The position numbers and the translations under genes are program-made. A stretch of DNA of 48,000 bases from Chromera velia (Eukaryota): NCBI GenBank assembly GCA_018398765.1, contig JAHBMJ010000429.1, forward strand, positions 1-48,000, written 5' to 3'. The notes beneath the pieces were generated by a model. The model was not told the DNA's origin and ran no database searches. It saw nothing but the letters and a program-made list of their open reading frames with translations. Positions 1 to 11,402 of the stretch are shown here, one piece after another. Numbering within the stretch: the stretch's first letter is position 1; every line of letters starts with the position of its first letter.

Positions 1-1
1 A

Positions 2-694
2 TCCTCTCTGCCCTCTTCCCCCAATCCTCTCAAGAAAACGCCCCCGATTCCGAAGAAAGAAAAGGAACTCCCAGAATTCCATAGCAAAAAGCGGATAACC
101 GCAACAGGCGAACAGGAGCAGAGCGCGGAAGATGCAGAGGACGACTCCCTTCAGTTGAAGGGATACACAATCGCCATGAGTCCCTCTGGAGTTCCTGCGC
201 TAGTACGTGTGTCGGATCTCCCCCCTCGACTTTTGGAGGCCATGGGGGAGAGGGTCCCGGTAATTACAGTCGGAGAGAACGGGAGAGATGTGAAGGCAGT
301 GGATCCGACCACAGGTGCGTGGACGCGGTTGGACGGCCACAGGCTGCTCGTTTCTCCAACCGGGAAGCCCCTCCTTGTCCGGACCCGTTCCGCTGACGGC
401 GAAGAGGAGGGGGGTGGAGGGGGTGCAGATGAAAGAAGAGAGCCTCCCGCCGCAAGTTCCGGACAACCACCAGAAGCGGCTGCACCGTCTCACACCCCTC
501 CACCCACTGCTGGTCCGACTTCAGGACCTGGAGAAGGTGACTCAAGTCCAAGCGGAGGAGAGAGGCAGATCAAGTCGGCCCTCCGTGGGCAGACTGCAGG
601 GGGGGGGGGAGGGGGAGGCGGAAGAGGGAGGGTTTCGTCTTCCACTTTGCTGGCAGGAAGCTGTAGAGAGGACCCAAAATCGTACCGTGACTGA
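2..694 (+). CDS. 5'-truncated ORF of unknown function with a low-complexity Gly/Pro/Ser C-terminus
   Basis: The frame of the 155..694 ORF stays open back to position 2 (SSLPSSPNPLKK...DDSLQLKGY...), so the gene starts outside the window. GC-rich, with an internal peptide repeat GYTIAMSPSGVPALVR / GHRLLVSPTGKPLLVR. No family recognised. Confidence 0.5.
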   Translation, partial: SSLPSSPNPLKKTPPIPKKEKELPEFHSKKRITATGEQEQSAEDAEDDSLQLKGYTIAMSPSGVPALVRVSDLPPRLLEAMGERVPVITVGENGRDVKAVDPTTGAWTRLDGHRLLVSPTGKPLLVRTRSADGEEEGGGGGADERREPPAASSGQPPEAAAPSHTPPPTAGPTSGPGEGDSSPSGGERQIKSALRGQTAGGGGGGGGRGRVSSSTLLAGSCREDPKSYRD

Positions 695-2200
695 CTGACT
701 CGTCTGTCCCACCTATAAGGTGAGTTGTTGATGCATCAATCCCCTCCTTTGAGGTACTGTTTCTTTTACCTCAAACTGCGTGAATCCCGCCTGTCTCACT
801 GATCCTGAAATATCAGTTTTTTCAATCCTTGATGGGTTAAAAACTCTCTGATCATTCTGTATGGATGCGTACACACATTGTTGGCTGATGACGTGAGGGC
901 CTGAGTAGTTCTAACGCCCTTCATCTGCCATTTAACTCATATGATTGTCGATCAGGAGCCCTTGGGGTCTCTCTCTCGATTCATGGGTCTGTAAATACAT
1001 TTCTATGTGGACTGAAGAAAACCAGCAGAAAGCAGCTGTCGAAAAGAGCACAGCTGTCAACAAATGACTGCGGGTATTCCTCTCTTCTCTTCCAATGCAG
1101 GCACAGAAAGGAGACAAGGGTGTCAGACTGTTTATGCGGGGGGACATGAGGTGGCAGGCCAACGGACGGATCACATGAGAGCACTCCATGACCTCATTTG
1201 AAATCCTTTCAAACTTTGACTCGCCTGGGCACTCCTTGGGTCTGCTTCTTCCTCTTCGTGGTGCATCGAGTAGCCTCCCCTTCCCTTCACTTCAGCACCG
1301 TTGATCGAGAAAACCTCTACCTTTTGCCCCCTCCCCCCGATTGTTGGTTGCGTTTTCCCCTTGTCCGCCTTTGATACAGGACGGATGAGACGGACTCGTT
1401 GGACCGAATTCACATTAGGGAGCGACAACATGCAGATGAAGGTTTTGGGGAAAATTTACAAACCGGAAATTCCTAGAGTGGCCTCTCTGAGAGCGCTGCA
1501 CCCTGTTTAGACAATGTTGCCTTTTGTGCTTAGCCTTTGTCAAACTTGAGTTTTTATTAATGTGCATGGAGAGACTCCCAGCCTCTTTCAAAATCATATG
1601 GATAAACTTTATATTATGAAAAGCATGATTGAGTGTTTGATTGATTGATTGGTTCAAGTTTGGTTGATTGATTCATTAATCAGTTTCGTATTACATGCCT
1701 TCCTGCTCTATCCTGCTCGCTATGTGTATAATACACTGTATTCATTTATTTATTTATTGATTTATACATTCAGATTGATTGATTTATCTGAGTTTTAGTA
1801 GAACTAGTCGGAGTAATAAAATTTTCCGACTATTTCTGACTAGGAGCTATAACTAGGTGGCTAGGTGGTGATTAGGTGTAGTGACCCAAATTCTAGCGGT
1901 ATAAGAATTTTATAGAACTACACAAATTTGAATATGTTTTTCTTGTCGCAGATACTGGCATAAATAAGCGTAAGTAAGCATAAGTGTACACAAGTGACAT
2001 ATGCGCAGCGTGTGCGCTACACACACAGTGACACACTACACACACAGATCGATACAGACAGACAGGACATACATACAGACTCATACAGGCAAGCACACAC
2101 ATATATATATATAGTAATATATTCATTCATATAGTAATACACACAGACTGAGCGACTGACAGTAACTGACAGAGACACACATACACGACATACACTCATC

Positions 2201-2352
2201 GTTGCATGTGGGGATTTGCAGTGCATGGGCGCGTTCAATTAATGCGCATGGTGCAGTGGTGTTGCATATACGATTTAAATACGATTTAATTGCATACGTG
2301 TTGCGTGCATACATGCATGCATGGGAATGTGCATGGATGTGCATGCATGCAA
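2201..2352 (+). promoter_or_regulatory. Cluster of TGCATG/TGCATGCA motifs upstream of the RING-CH gene
   Basis: Repeated TGCATG/TGCATA, including ACATGCATGCATG and GTGCATGCATGCAA, 330-480 bp before the ATG at 2681. TGCATGCA is a known ApiAP2-binding motif in apicomplexans; function here is inferred. Confidence 0.4.
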
Positions 2353-2680
2353 GTATAGGGTCGATCCGTAGGGGCCGTCTATCTACGTGAATTTAAAAGA
2401 CGATTCTGCCCGTATTCCTGCAAGACACAAACTAGGACATAAACGTCTTCAAACTTCCTCCGATGTGCTTTGTGCATTGACGAAGTTGTCTACAGTGACT
2501 CCGTAAAGCCTCTGAGGCAACAGTTTCTTTGTCAGCAACAGAAACAACAGCAGCCGCAGGTCCACCCTCACACAAGCCGCGACATACAAACTTTCAGAAA
2601 GTGCCACCAATTGCCATCTGGAAGCTCGGAAGGAAACGAAAGTTTCAAATTGAGCACTGGTGTAGTACTGAAAGTCAAAC

Positions 2681-4216
2681 ATGAACCCACCCGGGGTCGA
2701 AGTGGACACTGAAGAACGTAGTATCGGGTCTGACGGCCCCGTCTGTCGGATCTGTAGAGAGGGTGCGGACGTTCCAGAGTTAGGAGACCTCATCCACCCG
2801 TGTGCATGCACAGGAAGTCTTCATTTCGTGCATCGCGTCTGTTTGGACGGATGGAGAAAGTCAGGGACTCCAGAGCAGACTTCGGTCCGATCAGTGAAGT
2901 GTGATGTCTGCGCACAACACTATCAGCTGATTCCGATCAGCAGCGCAGACACAAAGACCGTTTTGCTTGCGTACATTTGTCTGATTTCGTGGGGATTTTT
3001 TCTGTTGACCATTTTCGTGATTGGTCAGTGGTGTGTCGGCAGAGTTTGCGAATTGACGGAGACGGAGTTCCAAGGAAGGGTCTACTGGACCAGTGAGTTT
3101 GGCACCTATTTTGGGTATCAGAGCATCAACTTCCCATGGAAGCCGTTTCCAGCAGAAGGGAACACATGCCCTCTAGATGGAGGCACCAATGAAGTGGTTG
3201 AACGGTTTTTGATCGGACTCAGTGGTACGCTGACCGCTATGGCCGTCTGCCAAATCGACCGACTAATTCAGTTTGCACCACAGCCGCACCATTTGCACCT
3301 CCGCACCCTGGCCACCATATTTCTTGCGGGAGTGGGTTTGACAGGATTTTTCATCTTCCTTGCTTGGACTGATTATCGGGTCCCCGGTATGAAAACGTTT
3401 GTCATCGGTCTGACCGGCACCGGAGATTGGATGCTTTCTATCCTCTGGTATCTGTATATTGTCGTCATTGGGTGCTTTATTGGTTTTGCAGCCTGGGATG
3501 CTTTTGTAATTCGGGTATTGGGAAAGATTGAGTGGGCACAGCCTCTGGCAGTCACTCTTCTGTTTGAGTTCGGTTGTTGGATAGACGATCACTTATGGTT
3601 TCCTTCGACCATTTTTTGGATCGAAGTATTCATTTACTGTCTCTACTCATTGAATGCCAATCTGGAGGATGGTCTTCACTTTGAAGATTCTGACTCTGTC
3701 TGTCCGTACACACAACCCATTCTTCTCCGCCCGAGTGCCCCATCAGACCCTGCCGATCCGAAAGACCACAATGAGATGTGGAGTGCCCAACAAGGAAGCG
3801 CTTCCTTGTACGTTCTCATCGGGATCTCTCATTTTGTTGCCTGGACCCTCGTTCTCCCCTTCAAAAGGGGGTACGTGATAGCGGGGGCGTCGTTAGCAAA
3901 AGCCTACACGGTGAGAGACCTGGGAGGGCAGCCCCGGAGAGAGATGGCGCGCAGTGGAACGGGGGCTCAAATGAGGGTCCCAGAGGGCGCAAGAGAAGAA
4001 GCGAGGGCACCAGTGGCTGCTGCTGCCGCTGCCGCACATACGGCTACTGCTGTGGAAGAAGTCCGTCCGGTGCCGCGGTTTGCGCCCTTCCGAGGATCTT
4101 TTCACTTCGAGAGGGAGCGCATCAGGCCAGCTCCTCTGGTCTACGACAAGTATGAAATGCGTCAGAGAGACCAGAAATTTTTGGCAGCGCCGTATCCATC
4201 ATACCCTGCTTTTTGA
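2681..4216 (+). CDS. RING-CH (RINGv, C4HC3) multi-pass membrane E3 ubiquitin ligase, MARCH/Doa10-like, 511 aa, intronless
   Basis: CRIC...LIHPCACTGSLHFVHRVCLDGW...KCDVC is the C4HC3 RING-CH signature near the N-terminus. It is followed by several long hydrophobic segments in an uninterrupted 1536-bp ORF. Confidence 0.9.
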   Translation: MNPPGVEVDTEERSIGSDGPVCRICREGADVPELGDLIHPCACTGSLHFVHRVCLDGWRKSGTPEQTSVRSVKCDVCAQHYQLIPISSADTKTVLLAYICLISWGFFLLTIFVIGQWCVGRVCELTETEFQGRVYWTSEFGTYFGYQSINFPWKPFPAEGNTCPLDGGTNEVVERFLIGLSGTLTAMAVCQIDRLIQFAPQPHHLHLRTLATIFLAGVGLTGFFIFLAWTDYRVPGMKTFVIGLTGTGDWMLSILWYLYIVVIGCFIGFAAWDAFVIRVLGKIEWAQPLAVTLLFEFGCWIDDHLWFPSTIFWIEVFIYCLYSLNANLEDGLHFEDSDSVCPYTQPILLRPSAPSDPADPKDHNEMWSAQQGSASLYVLIGISHFVAWTLVLPFKRGYVIAGASLAKAYTVRDLGGQPRREMARSGTGAQMRVPEGAREEARAPVAAAAAAAHTATAVEEVRPVPRFAPFRGSFHFERERIRPAPLVYDKYEMRQRDQKFLAAPYPSYPAF

Positions 4217-4997
4217 TCAGTCGCATGGAAATTTAATGAAATTTTGATGATGGAATTGTAAAAAAAATGGTGTCACATCAAGAAAATATCTTTTTATCGT
4301 TTATGACCCTAGTTATGACATGTTGTGACGTTATAAAAGAAATTGATGAGTAGGCCGGACGCGGTGCCTCATACGCACTAGCACATGCATCATGATCATA
4401 CAACATCTGGCATAACATAGCATATAACAAAACAGATAGAACACGGCAGGGAACGAATCCGAGTAATCCTGAGAGCGATATCTAAACGAAGGCACCCTAG
4501 AAGGCGGCGTGCATACAAGAAAGACGGAATAGCGGCGGGGGCAAGGGCTAAGGTAGGGTGAGGTCTTAAGAGTTACTCTTTTAGTTTGGTTACCGACCGG
4601 CCGCTAGGCCAGCCAGGTTACCAATTTACGATTACTAAGTCTAATAGGGTTAAAGTGCTAAAGCTTCCGGTAACGGTTATCCTAAGTTCTATAAGATAGT
4701 AAAGTCTTAAAACGACGTACGGTAACGGTTATACTAACTTGCATAAGAAGACTCTTTAGCCAAAGTAACGGAGTCTTTAAATCATTAAAGGCTTTAATCA
4801 GTTTTTTCTAGCATTTTCTTTCACCTGCTAGTCTATTTAAAGACCCTTTTCGCCCTTCCCCTGCCCCCCCCCACCTTCCCGTGTTAGCGGCTGCCCCTCC
4901 TCTGCCTCTTCCTGCGGAAGAAGAAGAAAAAGAAGAAGTTAGAAGAAGAAGAAAAAGAAGAAGAAGAGCTGGACTGCTGTAACACTGGTGGAACTAC

Positions 4998-5932
4998 CAT
5001 AGTTGCCAAAATGCAATGCAATACACTGTAATACAGTGAAATGTAGTATACTATAGTCAAAATCAAGTTGCAGTGCAATATATTACACTATTAAAAAATA
5101 TAGTATTAATAAATAAAAAAAGTAATTGATATAATATTTAAGTTCTTCTAGGCAGTTCTATACACTAGTCTATACAGTTATAGATGACTAAAAGAGCGAT
5201 TGACAATGTTTTTAACATAAATTAAATTGACATGCATGTAAAAGCATTAAAAAATTATTTAATAATCATTATTATTATGATATAAACACATAGATTTTCA
5301 TGGAATTGAAGTCTTTAATGTTGTGTTCCCCCCCCAGGGGGGCCCCCCTACGCTTCTCTCTGTAGTACTGGGAGGCGAGTCAGGCGATGACATCGCACAA
5401 GGGGTATGCGTTTTGGTCGTTAGGACCGGGAGGAAGCAATACACCGTGTGCGGTATAGAGTGTGCACTACGCTATGCCGGGTGCAAAGTGACCCAGTACT
5501 GCAGTGTTGCATGCCAGAGGTTTGACTGGCCTCTGCAGCATAAGAGGGTCTGCAAGCAGATGCAGGACCTCGACGTCCTCTCAGTTTCTTGGCGGGCTCT
5601 GGAGTTCGCTGCTTTAGGTACCCTGCCAGCGCCTGCATGCCTCTCTGACTCAGATTGACTGACTGACTGACTGACTGATTGGTGTCTCTGTGCATGAAGC
5701 TATATATAAATAATTTTGAAAGTGTTTTTTTATGTAAATCATCATTTTTATGATTCATTATCACATTGATTTATAGTGTCATAGCTTTAGAATTCTAATT
5801 TTTTCTGATTAGGATCCCAGACTTTTACTATGTTCTTTCAACTAGCTTCCTAGAAGGCCTTTATAAGTTGTACTAGGTGTAATGTATTACACTGGAATTC
5901 AAGTTGTAGTGTAATGCAGCTTGGCAACTATG
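4998..5932. mobile_element. Non-autonomous hAT-type DNA transposon (935 bp) carrying a captured gene fragment
   Basis: TIR CATAGTTGCCAA (4998-) / TTGGCAACTATG (-5932); 8-bp TSD GGAACTAC (4990-4997) / GGAATTAC (5933-5940); subterminal TACAC/GTGTA-type repeats. An 8-bp TSD with short TIRs is the hAT hallmark. Confidence 0.8.
5338..5618 (+). pseudogene. Captured zf-MYND exon, degenerate
   Basis: YTVCGIECALRYAGCKVTQYCSVACQRFDWPLQHKRVCK matches MYND (CxxC...CxxC...YCSxxCQxxDWxxxHKxxC) with two Cys->Tyr changes. Bounded by a ccccag| acceptor and a G|GT donor-like site. Confidence 0.75.
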
Positions 5933-6608
5933 GGAATTACTCGCTGCTGTGAATTGGCGGCGAGTCGATTTGCGGTCTGAAAAAGAGGGGAAAACCTCTG
6001 TGGTGCAGGTTTTTGACCACCTCGCACAGGTTATACTGGCTGAGCATGCCCCAAAAATGCTCTCTTTGATCTGCTTGCCTCTGCCTCTCCTTCATTTTCT
6101 TTTCTCTCTCTGGTAAACTACAAAATTTTAATATCTGGTAAACTCAAAACTTGCTTTATACAGTAGTGTGCACGGCTTTAGACTGTATAACGGTTATCTA
6201 TCCAGGCGCGCCGAAAGCGCGGCGATTTATAACGGTTATGCTAGGCCGCTTCGTATAATGGTTACTACTAGCTCATTCAAAGAAGCTGCTTTTCAAAATG
6301 TAATTTAGTAGATGAGCCCTCATTTCAAACCATCAAAGTTACTCTTAAAACCGCTGCCTAGGCTAAGGCTAGGGTAGGGGGCTAGGCGAGAGGATAACCG
6401 TTCAAAGTTCCGATAACGCTGGGAGGTACTAAAGGAGGTAAAACATTACAAGATATGATAATATATAAGCTGCATTAAATTTGATGGTGTTTAATAATAA
6501 TTTTGCAAATCTTCTAAGATTTATTGACGCAAAGCAAGGAATAAACTAAACATTAAACTAAACAAAAGAAAAAAAGTTTTAAAAGTGAAAATTAATAGCA
6601 TTTAGTTT

Positions 6609-7145
6609 CACTCTGCAAGTAGCTAGGATTTTGCGGGATTTTAGCCCAGGATTTTAGCGGATTTTACAGGATTTTGGCCAGGATTTTAGCGGATTTTGGT
6701 GGATTTTGCTCAGGATTCTGCTGGACTATTTCTCTAGGATTTTAGAATCTAAAATCCTGGCTCTAGGGATTATAAAGACTAAAATCCTGGATCCTAGGAT
6801 TTTAAAAATGAATGCCAGGATTTTACAGGATTTTACGGGATTATATCTTTCCTGTAAAATCCCGTAAAATCCCGTATAATCCCGTATAATCCCGTAAAAT
6901 CCCGTATAATCCCGTAAAATCCTATATAATCCCGTAAAATCCTAGGAAGAGGCTAGGATTTTAGCTTTCTTCCAGCATTTTAGATTCTAAAATCCTAGGT
7001 GTACGGATTATATTTTTAATGTTAAGAGTCTGGCAGAATCCTGGGCAAAATCCGCCAAAATCCGCTAAAATCCTGGCCAAAATCCTGTAAAATCCACTAA
7101 AATCCGAGGCTAAAATCCCGCAAAATCTTGGCTACCTGCAGAGTA
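6609..7145. mobile_element. Foldback/MITE-like element with ~115-bp terminal inverted repeats built from GGATTTT units
   Basis: CACTCTGCAAGTAGCTAGGATTTTGCGGGATTTTAGC... is the reverse complement of ...GCTAAAATCCCGCAAAATCTTGGCTACCTGCAGAGTA. Internal 10-bp tandem array CCCGTAAAAT/CCCGTATAAT at 6851-6940. No TSD seen. Confidence 0.75.
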
Positions 7146-7483
7146 GGATAGATCTACCGATAACTAGCTAGACCGATAAAGTCAAAAGAAGCCTAATTAA
7201 AGTTAGTCAGAGTTGAAGATAGATCGATTGATTACTCATATTTTTTGGGTTTCTATAGAGTTTTTATATAATATTTTTCAAGTTACCCTTAACCGATTTC
7301 TTTTATCTGTGACGGTCTGTCAGACTCTGTCTCAATCCATCAGTTTTTTTACTTTTCACGCATTTCTTTCTAGCTAGCCTTCTAGTTCATAACAGTGCGC
7401 GTTAATTGGTCTGGCTTGTTGATGCTTATTTGATGTCTCAGTAGGGGTAACACACCCCACGGGGTGGCGAAATGGGGGGGGGG

Positions 7484-7507
7484 NNNNNNNNNNNNNNNNN
7501 NNNNNNN
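7484..7507. other. Assembly gap (24 N) inside a poly-G run
   Basis: Run of n characters. Confidence 0.99.
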
Positions 7508-8993
7508 GGGGGGGGGGGGGAGGGAGGCAAAAGTGAGGCGTGGCGAAACCAAAAAATAACCTGACACAACACTGAAGTCCTAGCTGAAGTCATACTTTCA
7601 ATCATGTTAAGTCAGACAAAGTTTTGATTGCTGGCCTTGGCTGGCCTAGCATCAAGGCTCTAAACAAACCTATTCATACTATAAATTCTGAAATAACCAT
7701 CATTGTTATACAAAAGCAAAAACAATGAAACCGGAGAGAGGTTATGCAGTTTCTGCACAACTGCTTTTTCGGCAGACCCATGAGAGATAAGCACAGAGTA
7801 ATGTTCTGCATTAGATCGAACTCTCTTCAAGACGAGAAGATCATCGTTGTCGAAAGACATATGCGCCAGTTCAATTGTGTGGCCTATCTCTTTTGGACTC
7901 CCCCAAAAAACTGACTACTGGGGGGAATGAAACAACCACTGGCAGGTACATCTGCAACACATCTGCATTGATTCTTCAATCATGAAGGAACCATATAGAT
8001 TTGCAGACAAGAAAGAAAGAAAAAGCGAGCCACACAGCAATGAGCTTGGGCTGGACTATCTCGAGTGACGTGATAGTTGATATTGAGCAAACAAAGTGAA
8101 AAGAAAACGTCGAAGGTCTGTGCAGCAGTCTAGCTATATGCTTGTCTGTATGTATATGCATCTCCATAAAAATCAACCAATCAGCAAAACGGCGAGCCGA
8201 GACTTCAACATTGCAACAAGTGGGTGTCATGCACTCATAGCAAGACACTCCTTGGCTTTTTGGAGTTTGGGGAAGCCTTCTCCTTCTTCTACGAATCCGA
8301 TTCAGGCATATTTGCTAAACTGACCAGTTATGCTAGGGAGGGCAAATCCGCTTCTAGAAAACCAAGCAGTACTGCTTGCGGTGTTAGCGGTTCCGTTTGC
8401 ACCAGTGAAGTCATAAAGAGGATAAAGAGAGACACGTTGGTATACAAAGGTATCAAGAAGGAAACAGATAGACGGTCTTCTTGTGTGTTTTGTGATGGAG
8501 ACCGTGTGGAGATCGCAAACCATTGCTGGAAGGTCGATGTCGAAAAACAAGTAGCGAACCGCTAAGTGGTAAGCTTCTATAAAAGATGAGGTCTTGAGAA
8601 GTGTGTTCCTTGACTGAACGCCAATGATGAAGTGGCAAGCTTCAGTGGCAGAGTATGGATGTCGCCGAATGACCATAATCTCAGTTGTGACTGACCTTTC
8701 CAAATCTCAGTTCGCCTATGTTGACATCCTCGTCGATGCGATCGCTTCCGAAGCTCCTAGACGGTACAAAACGAAGAGACAGCACTGTAGAAAGACGATT
8801 TTAGCCTACGGGGCAGCACTCCTAGGTAGAACTCTAGTACCATGCATGTTTATGCTGTAATTGAAGATGATATAATATAGATTCTAATAGGTTCTAACAC
8901 TGTGTTTTGCTTTTCCAGACTCGTTAGTGTAAGGTTTTTTCAGATTCTTAAAGGTTCTTTAAAGAAAAATCAAGTCTACGTTGCGTTAAAGTG

Positions 8994-9729
8994 ATGTCTC
9001 CATCATTTGGTTCTTACTCTCTAGAGAAACCACTAGAACCTAGGTTCTAGGAACCTAGACAAAAACCTGTAAAAACCATGAAGAACCCCTCCCCTAAAGC
9101 TTTAGAAAGACTAAAGACTTAATTTAGATGATTAAAATGATCCCAACAAATAGGACAGATACTTAGATCTGCCAAAATTGACCGTCAAAATCATAAAACT
9201 CAGCTGTTAACTTGCTTTTTCTTCTCTTCAAACAGACTTACAAGACGAGCAAGCTCTTCATCTTTCATAAAGACGGTTTCATTCATTTTATGCGCATGCT
9301 GAATATAAAAGAATACAGAAAAAAGTGGGACGTTATCGACACAAATCTTTTCAGGCTTTCTCTTTCGGTTTAACTATCAAAGGAGAGAGAAATCTGAGAA
9401 AACGCGTATCTTGGCTAAGTCGGTTAAATCCTTATCGGACTTAGGATATATATACACAGCAATCCGATACAGTTCATCTAGGTCCTTTTCTTCATCTTCG
9501 ACGTGTGCAATCGCTCGGAACCCTCTTTGTCCCTCTACTTCTCACAGTCCTTTTCCAACGTTTTCCAGTCCGATTGGTGGACAAACTTTTGACTAGACTT
9601 TTGAACATTTTCATCGTGATCAATGTTTCATAACTGGTTTTGGACGGGTTCTTTGGGGTTCTTAGAGGGTCAGACTGAGAAGGCTAGAACCTAAGTTCTA
9701 GGAACCTAAGAACCTAGAGGTGGAGACGT
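8994..9729. mobile_element. Possible MITE with imperfect 23-bp TIRs and AGAACC subterminal repeats
   Basis: ATGTCTCCATCATTTGGTTCTTA vs reverse complement of the right end ACGTCTCCACCTCTAGGTTCTTA (18/23). CTAGAACCTAG/AGTTCTAGGAACCTA occurs near both ends. No TSD found. Confidence 0.4.
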
Positions 9730-10937
9730 ATAGTTTTTAAGCTTGAACTGAGTAAGAACCTTCAACCAATACTCTAAAAGTGTCATTTTTTTGTTTTTTA
9801 GAACTTCTTTTGCTTATAAAATAAGTTTGGAGTTCATTTTAAATGTTTTAAAGCTTAGATTGCTACTACAAAGTCGTTCGACGACCACATCTATATTTCA
9901 GAGTGCCTCCCCGTAGATTTTAGCCCTGTCCTAGTAGATTGTTACCACTTTCTTCATTTATGGACATAAAACAGATGTCCGGTAGCCTATCTGTGAGTTT
10001 TAATACCGAAAAAGTAGCAAAAAAGTGTTAAACCTCGAGCCCCCCCCCTAATTAATTTTGCTTAGACAGGCAGTGGAGGGGTGTTTCAGTTTAGCAGGAT
10101 CGATTGCAGCAATGCAGGCCCCTAAAGACGATGGTGACTGGGCTTAGGCCCCTAGGAAGGCCTAGCATTTGCATCTAACAAAAACGAACACAAAGTAAAA
10201 GATATATTTAAAAAAAAAAAATGCTCAGACTGATGGAAAAAAGCTCAAAAAACGCTCTTTTTGAGTGGAGGGCGTGTATTTTGGGACGGTGGCGAAATAA
10301 TTAAATAAGAAAAGGGAGAGGGGGGGGGGGGTCAGACCTTCTTTGCCACCATGTGGCAAAAATCTGTTAGTGTGCCACCCCGTATTATTCTCTCTCTCTT
10401 TTCATCTCTCTTTCTTCTTTCTCGCTTTACCAAAGTAGGCCGGTTGGAATAAAGGTTTTCTGGGTGTTTTTGAGCGGCAGAACTTTCTATATATTCGCAT
10501 TCGCTCCCCCAACTATGTTGGCAAAACATGGAATGGATTGTATTTATCTTCCGGGTGCCCAAAAACAGTAACTGAAAATCGTTATGATTCCATTGTTACA
10601 ATCTGTGTGAGCAACACCATCTCACTTCTTCACAAAAAAAGGGCTCACACGAAATCGGAAGTCTGATTGATTCATCAATCTTTTTTTATGTCATGGTCAG
10701 GCAGGACTGGTTCCTTCTGACGGGTACTGACGGGCCTTTGTGGTTTGGTCTGCTAGGCTTTGCACTCTATACTAGCTCCATACTAGACTCCATAAATAAA
10801 AAAAAAAAAGTTTCTGATCTTTTATTTTTTTTATTGTTATCAACTAAAAAGTATATAGTAGTTTTCAATGCAACACCCCGTGCAACACTTTTGCAACACT
10901 TGAACAACAGTTGTTTGTCTATTGAGTGTCATGATAC

Positions 10938-11402
10938 TGCTTTGTCCCTCCTGTCTAGCCACCTTATGGCGTCCAGACAGAAGGTAAAACGAGGACAAGA
11001 GCTCTATGGAAGGTCAAAAGAAGGAACGTGAGCAACACTAACTCAGGCAACACTTTACAGGAGGTTTGGCTCTAAATCAGTTTAAGCTCTAGCGCGATCT
11101 GGGATTCCAATTAGCTGGGTTTATTCTATCATGCACGGTTTCTGCTCATTCCTTTCTCTAGAGCTGTGTCTATATAAAACTGTGTTGAACAGGCATCAGA
11201 CTCAAACGATCGATGCTATTAATATCCGTTGCTCAAGTGACATGTTGCATGCCTGAAGGCAAAGGTCAGACTCGACTTTGATCGACGCGCGCGACACGTA
11301 TGAAGCAAAGCGCGGCGGCGGAATGTGGTGCGGCATGCGGGCTCATGCAGTCACGGTGCATGCGAAGGCTCAAAGGGCAGCGCCATAAGGTAAGACTCCA
11401 TA
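10938..11402 (-). repeat. 3' LTR of the non-autonomous LTR element
   Basis: Direct repeat of 12988-13452 with adjacent PPT; the terminal CA is changed to TA. Confidence 0.85.

Noticed and set aside
884..930. CTGATGA as a hammerhead ribozyme core
   Set aside because: No downstream GAAA or compatible stems.
1100..1510. Possible downstream exon or pseudogene
   Set aside because: All frames contain stops and no family is recognisable.
4671..6402. Dispersed TAACGGTTA motifs on both sides of the hAT insertion
   Set aside because: Probably an older interrupted TE, but no termini or TSD could be defined.
6620..7130. Regular short repeats as a CRISPR array or telomere
   Set aside because: No unique spacers, eukaryotic context, and an inverted arrangement that fits a foldback transposon.
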